Below, in pieces: positions 35,901 through 46,920 of a stretch of 64,000 bases of DNA. The notes beneath the pieces were generated by a model. That model ran no database searches. It was given only the letters and a program-made list of their open reading frames with translations, and was not told the DNA's origin. The position numbers were made by a program, and so were the translations under genes. Position 1 is the first letter of the stretch; every line of letters starts with the position of its first letter. The stretch spans positions 682,001 through 746,000 of the forward strand of contig CM035358.1 in assembly GCA_020137815.1 (NCBI GenBank). Direction: 5' to 3'. The stretch comes from Hormiphora californensis. Taxonomy: Eukaryota; Animalia; Ctenophora.

Positions 35901-38900
35901 ATTTCCACGATAGGCGTTTCCAAGTGGTGTCAATACGATTACAAATTCATCTGGACCCACTCGTATGGATCAAGTCCCCACTCCAGTCTGGAAAGTGCCA
36001 AGGCAGCCTGTTTGGAGAACGATGATTGTACGGGGGTCACCAAGGAGCCTCGCTATGGGGGCAGATATACCCTTCGGAGGGAAGTGACCCTTCATGATAG
36101 CCCCTCGGGGGAAACAACATGGGTGCCCTGTGAAGGCTACTTCTCATGTGACCGAATGGGGTTGTATTCGGTCCATAATAGAAAGTTCCTGAGTGCCCGG
36201 CCCGATGGCAGGGTCTATTGGGATAGCACTTCGTATGGTAGGTGGGAGCATATTAAGTTTGAGCAATTTGGAAAAGACTCGGTTTTCCTGAGATCAGTCC
36301 ATGGCAAGTACCTATCAGCGACCCCTGGAAGTTACCTGAGTTGGGACCGAGGCCACCGTAGAAGCTGGGAACTGTTCAAGGTATACCAAGATGGGGACGA
36401 TATCGCACTGAGGTCATGGCATGGCAAATACCTGTCAGCACAGGGAGATCTAACTGTTGACGTGGACCGAACCGCGGCCCGCGAATGGGAGTGGTTCTAT
36501 GTCTATCCTCCGGGTTGCCTAAACAAAGAATGTGACTGCAGTAAGAGCATGGACAAGGATAAATATGAGCTAGATAATATTGAATATTTTGTTGAGAAAG
36601 CATTGGTTCACGATTATCCCCCGGAGACAGTGGCATATCTGCAGATAGACAATTCGAACGGGACTGCTGAACAGAATATCAAGTTCGCGGTGAGTGAGAC
36701 CGTATCTGAGTCAAGCAGCTTCACCCACACAGCCGGGGCTAGTGTGACAGTTGGAACTGAGTTCTCTGTTGGAGTCCCACTCCTATCGACAGACGGTAAG
36801 GTCTCTGTCGAGATATCTGCCAAATATGAGTTCTCCTACGGAACTGAGAGGGTTGAGGAAAGCACAACAGAAGCGGAGTTCACGTGTATCGCCCCGCCCG
36901 GAAAGAAAGTGAAGTGTTCAGCTCTACTGTTTAAATACCAATCATCGGTGCCCTACAAGCAGTCCTGGACCCACAAGCAGATATCCTGTCCCTGTGAGAG
37001 TTCTGGGGTATTCAGCCAGATCGCTGCTCACGAAATGCTGCTTGTAATTTCCGAGGAGTGACGGGAGAGTGACGTCAGTGGATGAGTGTTTTGGACTTTC
37101 TAATAAGTATTAGCATGGTAAATGAGATTCAAAATTTATGGGTCGTCTTACTCGGGACAAAAATCTATATCTCGAACTGTTACGGTGTTTGCATGTTTAT
37201 GAAGTATTCCAATTGAAATTCAAACGAGATCTCTACATGTATGTCTTTTGGGACTCCAATAGCATGCTTGTTACGATGTAGTGTTCAAAATAAATAAATA
37301 AAATTTGGGTTGACAAGATACCTTATTTACGTATTTCTACGATTTATCATTTCAAGCACTTTTCCAGAACTCCCTATCCTCCAGAAGTATGTGCAAAATA
37401 GGGGGTTTACTGACAAATGAGAGGCGCAATTTAAAAACTGATTAAAACGTAATATCTCCGGTTCCTGATAAGATACATATCATAATTGTATTACCTGGCG
37501 TTCCACTCATGCGCTTGCCCATGGCGTCCACAGATGAACTTAACGTGTTTATTCAGACAGCATTAGAGCTAGAAAAGAAGGGAGCGAGGAAAAAGAGAAA
37601 TAGGTGAGGACTCAGAAGGGAAATGAAACAAGAGGGATTCGAGAAATTTGTTAAGCAGAAACCAAAGAAGATAAACGATTGATTATTTTGCCTCAAATCT
37701 AGGGGCACGGACAGTGATTGCGTTTCTAAACAAATCTAACGGTATATCTTTACCATCGCATAAACTATTAAGACGGAATTTACTGTTCGTAATTAGAAAC
37801 AAGGAATATTTCTGGAAGGACGATTGAGAGGAGAAAAGCGAATGATTGACGAAAAATTAGAAGTGAATTGAACAAGATGTCGAAATCGGGCTTAAGAGAG
37901 AAATTTGGAAGAGATTGAGCGAGAAAATTGAATGAAATGTACGAGAAAAGTTGACGTATCGAACAGAAATGTCGATGAATTCAAGCGAGAAACTTTCGAT
38001 TGCAAGTTTCACGAAAATTTTTCGAACGACAGTTTCTAGCAAATTTCTCGATCGAAATTTGTAAGCCAAAAATTTTCCCGTATGCATTCTGCGAAAAATT
38101 CTCGAATCGAATTCAAACCAAATTTCGAATCGAAATTTGTAAGCGAGAAAACTTTTCCGAATTGTAATTTCTTACCGAGAAAATTTTATCGAAGCGTAAT
38201 TTTTAAGCGAGAGAAATTTTCCCGAATCGCAATTTCTTACTGAGAAAATTTTCTTGAATCGACATATTATTTTCTAAGAGAGAAAATTTTTCGAATCACA
38301 ATTTCTTACCGAGAAAGTTTCTCGAATCGTAATTTCCAACCGAGAAAATTTTCTCGAATCGTTATCGATCTGAATCATTATCAATCATGTTTGCATTTAC
38401 GAATTTCAAGAACGTGTACTTTTTCATGTGTATTACATATAATGTAATTAAAATAGGTGACAATGGAACTAAAAACGTTCCTAGGTCCGGTGGTACATGG
38501 GCATAAGGAACCCGTGGGCAGAAGGGACCCGTCGATGTATTATTTACACGTTTATTAAGAGAAAAATTACCAGAATACAGAGACAAGAAAGATTATGTAC
38601 TCACCTGAAACACAAGGCTAATTTTACCCAAAACTTCAAATTTGAGAGAGGATCATATTGTTAGCATTTCAAGGAGTACAAGCGCGTTTACAAGGGGACC
38701 CCAACTGGCCCCAACTTGAGGGGCTCCCCCTGGGCTCCCCTTGGGTCCGTGGGGCGTGTAACTATGTCTTTTGGGACTCCAATAGCATGCTTGTTACGAT
38801 GTAGTGTTCAAAATAAATAAATAAAATTTGGGTTTTTAGGCCCTTTAAAGGTTGACAAGATACAAACTTATTTACGTATTTCTACGATTTATCATTAATT

Positions 38901-39829
38901 TCAAGCACTTTTCCAGAACTCCCTATCCTCCAGAACTCCCTATCCTCCAGAAGTACAGTCGGACCCCGATTTACCGGGCTCCGATTTACCGGAACCCCGA
39001 TTTACCGGGAGCATAATCTTCCCCCGAAATAGGAAATTAACAGTATTTGACCCCGATATACCGGGCACCCCGATTTACCGGGCAAAACCCTTTCCCCCGA
39101 GCATCCCGGTAAATCGGGGTCCGACTGTATGTGCAAAATAGGGGGTTTACTGACAAATGAGAGGCGCAATTTAAAAACTGATTAAAACGTAATATCTCCG
39201 GTTCCTGATGAGATACATATCATAATTGTATTATAATTACCTGGCGTTCCACTCATGCGCTTGCCCATGGCGTCCACAGATGAACTTAACGTGTTTATTC
39301 AGACAGCATTAGAGGTAGAAAGGAAGGGAGCGCTGTCAGGCCAATGCTCTGACCACAGTTCTCGCGCGCTCCGAAATGGGTCAGGCAGAGGGAGCGAGGA
39401 GAAAGGGAAAGAGGGTGAGAGAAATGAAGAGGGTGAGAGAAATGAAGAGGGTGAGAGAAATGAAGAGGGTGAGACAGAAAGAGAGATAAAAAGATTGATT
39501 ATTCTGCCATCAAAAGGGGCCACGTGGACAGTGATTGCGTTTCTAAAACAAGATCTACTTGTTTTCTTTACCAGTCTGCGTAGAACTATTATAATATAAT
39601 AATAGACGGGATTTACTGTTTGAAAAGAAAGAAAAAGGAATATTATGGAGAGGGAGAGATTGAAGGGGAGAAAGAGAGAAATGGAATATGGATGGAGAAA
39701 AAGAAGACAGTGATAGATAGAGGGAGAAAGGTGAGAGAGAAGGAGAGAGAGAAGAGGGAGAGATAGGTGAGAGTAGAGAGAGAGAGAGATCGCTCTCGCG
39801 CTCTCTACTATCGCTCTCTCTCTCTCTCT

Positions 39830-39865
<36 letters not shown>

Positions 39866-39888
39866 CTCTCTCTCTCTCGCTCTCTCTC

Positions 39889-39931
<43 letters not shown>

Positions 39932-42900
39932 GCTCTCTCCGCTCTCTCTCTTCTCGCTCTCTCTCTCTCTCTCTCCTCTCTTGTCTCTCTCTTTTTCCTC
40001 TCTCTCTCTTTTTCTCTCTCTTTCTCTATGACTCTTTTGTTTTACGTCCAGTTTATGAATACTGCATTATAGGGAGAAAATTCAATGAGTTATCAAAATA
40101 TGAACACATAACAGGATGGACGGGGTATATAAATAGTAGGGGCTGTTGCAGAGTTATTATACCAGTCTAACTGGTTTGCAGATTTGCAATGCTATAGTCC
40201 TAGAACTAGCCAACTAGTTATACTCGATATATCTTATTTCTAAAATCTAAAATCTTATTTCTAAATAACTTGTAACAATACATGTTGCTAGCTAAATTTC
40301 TACAACCATTTAGCACTATTATGGCTCCTACAAATAGCCTTGCTGATAAGCCCACTGATGGTCCTGCCTGGGTTAAAATATGGACAGGACGTTTTCAAAG
40401 AGTCCAGGAAACTAGCAGCAGAGGGCAAGATAACTGTTGAACAAGACTTTGCAACGCAACAGGAGGTTTACGAGCACTTTGCAGAAACATACGATGAGTG
40501 TCCTCACTTCACATGATGGGTAGGTAACTATTGTGCTGTTAGTATGAACAATACAAGGTAACTATAGTAACGATGCTCCTTCATAAACACAGATTCAATT
40601 CCAATAATTTGACCTGTATTATATAATCCTTGGCCTTCCGTTGCAGATACCGAGCCCCTATTATCGCCGCAGAGGAAACTTGTATCTTGTTGGGAGGCCA
40701 ACAGCAGTGCAAAAATTTTGGACATCGGCTCAGGTGTGTGTATTATAATATTTCAATCGCACACAAATTGTGATGTCTGATGACACTATCCAAGGGGCTA
40801 GGTACTTTTAAAATTAGAACAGAGAACTAAAACATTTAATCCTATTTTCCAGGAACTGGTATGGTTGCGGAGCGAATTAGGGAGAAGGGATACACCCACA
40901 TTGATGCATTTGACCCCAACAAAAAGTCCTGCCAGGTCGCTCAGAGAAAGGGGATCTACGAAAGGATCTATCTCACTGAGGCATCACCAAAAGCTGCTGA
41001 ATTGAAACTAATCTTGGACAACACCTTCGATTTGATAGTCAGTGCTGGCACATTCTGGGTGTCCCCCTCCTACCCGGGTGTGTACATGTTGGAGGAACTA
41101 GCACGGGTTATCAAGCCGGGTGGTATGATCCTCCTTGTTGTTAACGAGGAGTACATCCAGGGAGAGTGGCAGGATTGGGGGGTTGTCAGGGATCTTGAGG
41201 AGAGAGGAATACTCAAGGCTCGACCTGTTAAACTGGTGCCCAACTACAGAATGAACGCTGCTGTCAGCGACACTAACCAGGGGAAACCTCCAAATGGTGC
41301 CGTGGTCGTGTACGATATCCTCAAGTAATAATTTCTGCAATTTTGCAGGAGTAAGTGGACAATTCAATTTTTTTCAAGCGTATATTTCCCCATTTTGTCA
41401 TTTTGTAAAGTTAAGTATTACCTTCGAAAACGTTAACTGGGACTCCAACTAACTTCTCTGCAACTTCTCCACTCATCTTCACAGTATCGATAGAACCTAA
41501 AATAAAGAGATCTGATTTTTAATTGGGCCTCCTCATTACACCCCTCTAACTTGCTTTGTTCGAGTTTTCGACTCTCTAGGTCTCAGCTCTCGGCGAGATA
41601 CAAATATGAAGGAGGGTTAGAACATAACATCACTTACCAGTGTCATCACAGAGAGAAAGTTTAAAGTCGTAAAAGTGTACGACATCCTTCCCAAAGCACT
41701 CCATCTTATCACACAATCCTGGTACCTTCTTGTTGCACCCAGTGCACCTCATAGCAATACATTTGGTCTTGCTCTTCCCATTAATTGTCTCCAGAACCAC
41801 GTTCAGGATCCCATGCTCGGGTTTAGTGCTCTTCACGTCTCCTATAGAGTAGTTGCTGGTGATACTACTAACAGGTACAGAGGTCTTGGATGCCGGGGTC
41901 CTCAGTACTGATGGAGTTGTGATGTCACTGGGGAGGCTCTGGGCGAAGTTGTACAAATTGTGTGCGTCTGGAACATCAGGATTAACAGTAACAATTGATT
42001 TATGGGTGATCTCTAATGTGACTCCTTCCGTGAAATTGTCCAACTTCACCTTTACATCTGTCAGGAACAGGATGCTTTGTTTTGGGGGTAGGTTGCCAGT
42101 CAGATCACCAACTGACTCCAACCAGCTGACACATCTCATTACTTGTTGGGTGTTGTCCATCACTTCAAAGTCAGTACATGTCGCCATGCGGCCTTGTCTG
42201 GTTGTTACTTTCCTGGAGCTTGGTGGAGTTTTAACCAACACGAGACAGTTCACAAACCGATCAAAATAACTATCCTTCCCTTCGACTAGTTTTTGTAGAG
42301 AAATGAAATCTCCTCCTTTGCTGACGGGTTGATGCTGAAGTTGTTGTAATTCGCTTCCAACTCCAAATGGTAGTGGCTCGACCCGGCCGCTCCTTTGATC
42401 GACCTAAATAAAACAGTTGTTATCTTATCATACAGCTCTAGGGGATATGAAAAATGTAGAAATTGAGATAACAAGAATCTAGTACAAACAGATTTGGTAG
42501 ATATTGGTCAGGTTTGCTTACCGATATTTGATATGGAACGATAGTTGAGGGAGTGTAGATTGAGGATTGGGCGTTTTCAGGTTTATCTTGGACTAAAATA
42601 CCAGATAACTTCACTCGTTCATTTATAACAACACTGAGAGACATTATGAGATGAGATCTGTGTGTATGATGTAAACTTACTTTCTAACTTGGCATACACT
42701 GTGCAGACCCCTCGCTCTGACGTTGCGGAGGCAGCACACACATGCGGAGGTAGCACACGCATGCCAACATTCTAACCTAAGAGTGAGTTGCTGATTGAAG
42801 GTCAAAGTTCCCCAGCATGTCACATTGCATAGACCAGTGCTATCACGGAGTGTAAATGCCAGAATCGATCTGTCCTCTTTCCCTTCCTTCGCTTGTAGCG

Positions 42901-43080
42901 GTTTAATGTCTTGCTTCGCAACTACCAGGCCAGCAGTTATCTGACCAGAAACTCCTGGAATAGTAAAACGATGAAAATAAAGAGAAATTTAGTTACACTG
43001 TGCAACAAACCTATTTGAAGATTGGATAATGAAGTGTATCCTTCGCTAAATGTCCAGTCTTTCTTTGAATTTGACCACAT
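32979..43080 (-). CDS. MEIOB: Meiosis-specific OB-fold protein; exons approx. 43080-43011, 42955-42777, 42633-42522, 42403-41638, 41496-41422, 33287-33172, 33017-32979
   Basis: AGLVVAKQD..LAFTLRDSTG..NVTCWG, TDVKVKLDNF..IVTVNPDVPDAHNL, RCTGC..C, LSLCDDTG, GEVAEKLVG and LLERFKVYF match MEIOB. Exon phases join across the 8.1-kb intron 33288-41421. Confidence 0.85.
33651..35007 (+). mobile_element. Four head-to-tail Helitron-like non-autonomous units (33651, 34083, 34394, 34698)
   Basis: Each unit starts TCTCTATTATAA and ends with the hairpin GCGCACCCA(A/G)TGGGTGCGC then TA(G); the array sits between A and T. Confidence 0.7.
35853..37061 (+). CDS. Secreted aerolysin/ETX-MTX2 (natterin-like) pore-forming protein with an apple/PAN-like domain and a fascin-like beta-trefoil; intronless, nested antisense in a MEIOB intron
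   Basis: Signal peptide; LESAKAACLENDDCTGVT; three repeats of the type LRSxHGKYLSA...WExF; C-terminal ETVSESSSFTHTAGASVTVGTEFSVGVP...VSVEISAKYEFSYG...APPGKKV..VPY aerolysin core. Confidence 0.85.
   Translation: MACLRWLLVLVVVIPAISTIGVSKWCQYDYKFIWTHSYGSSPHSSLESAKAACLENDDCTGVTKEPRYGGRYTLRREVTLHDSPSGETTWVPCEGYFSCDRMGLYSVHNRKFLSARPDGRVYWDSTSYGRWEHIKFEQFGKDSVFLRSVHGKYLSATPGSYLSWDRGHRRSWELFKVYQDGDDIALRSWHGKYLSAQGDLTVDVDRTAAREWEWFYVYPPGCLNKECDCSKSMDKDKYELDNIEYFVEKALVHDYPPETVAYLQIDNSNGTAEQNIKFAVSETVSESSSFTHTAGASVTVGTEFSVGVPLLSTDGKVSVEISAKYEFSYGTERVEESTTEAEFTCIAPPGKKVKCSALLFKYQSSVPYKQSWTHKQISCPCESSGVFSQIAAHEMLLVISEE
37240..39620 (+). repeat. Direct duplication of a ~550-bp block (37240-37790 and 38763-39620), with ~30-bp AT-rich repeats at ~37960-38362 between the copies
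   Basis: Both copies start TATGTCTTTTGGGACTCCAATAGCATGC; the second copy carries extra insertions. Confidence 0.85.
38956..39127. mobile_element. Tc1/mariner-type MITE with TA TSD (62-bp relative at 61856-61917)
   Basis: TA|CAGTCGGACCCCGATTTACCGGG...CCCGGTAAATCGGGGTCCGACTG|TA; the empty site CCAGAAGTATGTGC is present in the paralogous block at 37381-37394. Confidence 0.9.
40321..41328 (+). CDS. Class I SAM methyltransferase, METTL27/WBSCR27-like, 3 exons, nested antisense in a MEIOB intron
   Basis: YEHFAETYDE, GYRAP, KILDIGS|GTGMV, GYTHIDAFD, FDLIVSAG, ELARVIKPGG. Needs three +1 corrections (40375-40378, 40499, 40676-40678), so a pseudogene is possible. Confidence 0.7.
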
Positions 43081-45001
43081 CCTTTCCTAGAAATTAGTAA
43101 ATTAAATGAGGGATAATATCAATATGTTGTAGTCCCCTCTCGGATAGCCGTCAAAACGTATGTACTATGGTACTGTGACCGGTGGGGTAGGACGCCGTTA
43201 CGATCTGGGTGTTTGGAGGCCTGTTTACATTGGTGACGCAGTCACCCTTACAACTCACGCGCGTAGCGCGCCAAAACGAAGCCCGCGTAGCAGAGAGGTG
43301 ACGGCGCCACCAACTGTTTACAGGTGTGCACTGCCAAAAAAGTTTATCTAGTAAGAAATGTCAAGGCCTAAACCCAATCCAAACCTTAACCCCCACCCTA
43401 CTTTAGCCTTAACCCTAAAAAACCGTTTGTCAGCACTGGGCAAAGTTAAAATCTGGGTGCCTTCCATTGCTAACAATTCATCGATTTTGGCGGTCGAGAC
43501 GGGTCAGGGCTATGTTAGGGTCGGGTTAGGATTTTGTTTGGGGTTGTCGGTTAGTGCTGTCGATTCTCTACCAGATACCACGCTGTTTCGTTTACTCAAA
43601 TCGGTCATGTGGTTGCGTGGCTATAGTCGTTAGAAAAAAGTCGGTCTTGTGTACTCTTTTTGCTAGTGTGCACCTGTAAACAGGCTGCAAGGCACCCAGA
43701 TTATAATCGCGGCCTGTTTGGTGAGCTTTTATTTTCTAGACTGAATTTTTCAAACGGCTATATATAGCCACGCATTACGCATTACGCAACCACATGGCCC
43801 TCCGGTCCAGCAAGTACCTGGGTGTCCGGCGCCAGGGGCGGCAGCCTCGGTCAGGGGGTGTGAAACCCCCCACAAGCAGGGGCCAGGGTCCAGGGCGCAG
43901 AGCCCCCGCAGGCAGGGTCCAGGGCTGCAAGCCCCGGCGGGGTTGAGCAGGGACGGCGCTGGGCCTTCGTAGCCCCCCCCCCCCCCCGAAAATTTCTGGC
44001 ATTTTAGGCGGTTTTAGACGATTTTAAGCATTTCTGAACTCCTTCTGTGAAAAATGCTTGGCAAAAGCTGCTGCATTCGCGGGATAGGGCAGCGCTTTTC
44101 AAGAAAAATGCCAAATGGGAAAAAAGATGAAAGTTTTTAAAAATTACCCTGGTCATGTCAAATTGCACTGGTCATGTCAAATTGCACTGTGGCGCGCGGA
44201 AGAACCCTCTTTATGCTCTGCGTCCTCTTTATAGTCGAATTTTTTATTTAAGCGACAGGCCGCCGCGCACTCAATTAGTTAATTGGTCATATCTCCGGTT
44301 CCCGATAAGATAAAGACTTGATCCTGGTTGCGTTGGAAAGATACAATTTTTATCTTTCCAATGGCACCAAGAAAAAGTCGTTAGCTTATCAGGAACCGGA
44401 AATCGATTTCAAGCGCTGCATTTTGATGCCCGGCGGCCTGTCGCTTAAATAAAAAATTCGACTTTATGCTCTGCGCGCGAATCAAATATTTCGCACAGTG
44501 GAAGCTCTTACGGTATTCCCACAACCGTGGGAAAAGAGAGATAGAAAGAAATACTAAAAGAGAGAAATTTCTCTCTTTTAGTATTTCTATCTATCTCTCT
44601 TTTCCCACGGTTGTGGGAATACCGTAAGAGCTTCCACTATAGTCTGATTTTAAATAACTGTCGTTTTTACCGCACTCGATTTTGCTCTATTATGACAATA
44701 TCTCCAGTTCCTGATAAGATAAAGACTTGAAATTTGGAGGTTAGGAAGAACTTAGCATGTTCTTCGCAACCCCCAAGTTTCAAGTCTTTATCTCATCAGG
44801 AACCGGAGTTATTGTAATAATAGAGCAAAATCGAGTGCGGTAAAAACGACAGTTATTTAAAATCAGACTTTAGCAGTTTTCATCGATTTTTTGAAATATA
44901 TATAAAAATATTTAGCCAAAACGGTTGAGTGGTTTGGCGGTTAGAGTCATTTTAGTGAATCAACTTTTTTGGCAGCGCGCACCTGTAAACAGGCCACCAA
45001 A

Positions 45002-45794
45002 TAGTAGAGTCGATAACTACATCGACCTCTCCCAATTGTTCCAGTTTTTGTCACATCTGTTTGGAGCCCCGACACGACCTCTAAACAGGTGTTACTTTTT
45101 CACAAACTGTTTTCATCTTGGTGTAATCAGCAGTTGAAATGTTGCTGATCATAACAAAAACCTGACTAAATTTTTTCAACTTGGGGTAAAACCATGGGTG
45201 TCAAAAGTTAGCTCTAGGTCCCCTGAGTAACCATCCGGAGACTCCAAGAGATATTTCAAGCCGTTCTCCTGTAATCATTAATCCCGGTGGAGAAAAAAAT
45301 ACAATGCGGACGTACGTGAGCGCTGGCAGGCTGTTTACATGTTATTGTATGTCTCTCACTCTCTCTGGAAAAACCGCACGTGCGGTTGCGCCGCGCGAGA
45401 TAACTCTTTCTCAAGGGGGAGAAAAGAGAGAGACGCACATTAACGTTATACATTAAAGTTGAGGTTGAAGGCAATTGCACGTACGTCCATACTCAAATAT
45501 GTGCTCTACCGGGATTAATGATTACAGGAGAACGGCTTGAAATATCTCTTGGAGTCTCCGGATGGTTACTCAGGGGACCTAGAGCTAACTTTTGACACCC
45601 ATGGTTTTACCCCAAGTTGAAAAAATTTAGTCAGGTTTTTGTTATGATCAACAACATTTCAACTGCTGATTACACCAATTTGAAAACAGTTTGTGAAAAA
45701 GTAACACCTGTTTAGAGGTCGTGTCGAGGCTCCAAACTGATGTGACAAAAACTGGAACAATTGGGAGAGGTCGATGTAGTTATCGACTCTACTA
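45002..45794. mobile_element. Academ-like non-autonomous element, copy 1 (TAG..CTA, 3-bp TSD AAA)
   Basis: AAA|TAGTAGAGTCGATAACTAC...GTAGTTATCGACTCTACTA|AAA; ~285-bp TIRs. Confidence 0.75.
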
Positions 45795-46557
45795 AAACAC
45801 TTGGCATACGTTGCAGGCCCCTTATAATATAATATAAGGGGCCTGGAGGGAATACCGCGCTGGGGGGGAATACATAATCAATCATATCTCCGGTTCCAGA
45901 TAAGGTACAGAAATCGTTTTGGTAGCGTTGGAAAGAGGAAGATAACAGCTTTCAAATGCAACCGGTTTCAGGTCTCTATCTTATCAGGAACAGGAGATAT
46001 GAACCAAACTCCGCAAAATCGAGTGCGGTAAAATAAAAAATTCGAGATTTTAATTCAAATTTGAAACAAAGTGTCCCTGCAAGGATCTGTGACGTCACTT
46101 TTTGAAAACAACCAATCTTTGAACGGCTATTGCTCAGCCTCCTCAAGTCCAATTAACTTCTCTCAAAAACAGCAAGGTAGATAATTGTCAGATCTACCAG
46201 CTAGTGAAAGAATCAAGCAAAACGGACTTCAGGGGCCAAAGTTATAAGCACCGCCGTTTTTTCGACCGCAAAGTTATCTTCGACCCAGCCGGGCTCAGGC
46301 CAAACGCGCGCGCGGCATTCCCTTCAGTCCCCTCGTTGCGGGGGTGCGCGCATGAGGGGGCTGCAGCGCATTCCAACTAAAACACCCAGATCGTAACGGC
46401 GCCCCCAAATGACCGCGCGTGTGAAAATTATCAATTTTGACGCGCACACCACACACGTTAACATGTCATGTGACGCGCAAAAACATTCCGCGCACGAGAA
46501 GGGGGGTGACAACTTCAAAAAATCCGACTTTATCGTTTAGTTGACGCTGCTAACTTG

Positions 46558-46920
46558 GGTAAGCGGTAAATACTCACTCGGTTCTTCACATTTTTTGGAC
46601 ATTTTTGGCCATAACCCAGCCATTTTTTGACCAATTTGCAAAATCTTGGGCTCATTGGAAAGAGGACATTGAGACCTTTAAAATGAGCCCTAGAAAATGA
46701 AAATCGGCGCAAAATGTGCGGCGTTATGGCGTAAAATGCGCGTTTTCGCCATAGCGCCGCGCATTTTGCGCCGATTTTCATTTTCTAAAGCTCATTGGAA
46801 AGCTCTTAACGTCTTCTTTCCAATGAGCCCAAGATTTTGCAAATTGGTCAAGAAATGGCTGAGTTATGGCCAAAAACGTCCAAAAAATGTGAAGAACCGA
46901 GTGAGTATTTACCGCTTACC
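46558..46920. mobile_element. Merlin/MULE-like foldback MITE with a perfect 9-bp TSD
   Basis: GCTAACTTG|GGTAAGCGGTAAATACTC...GAGTATTTACCGCTTACC|GCTAACTTG. Confidence 0.85.
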
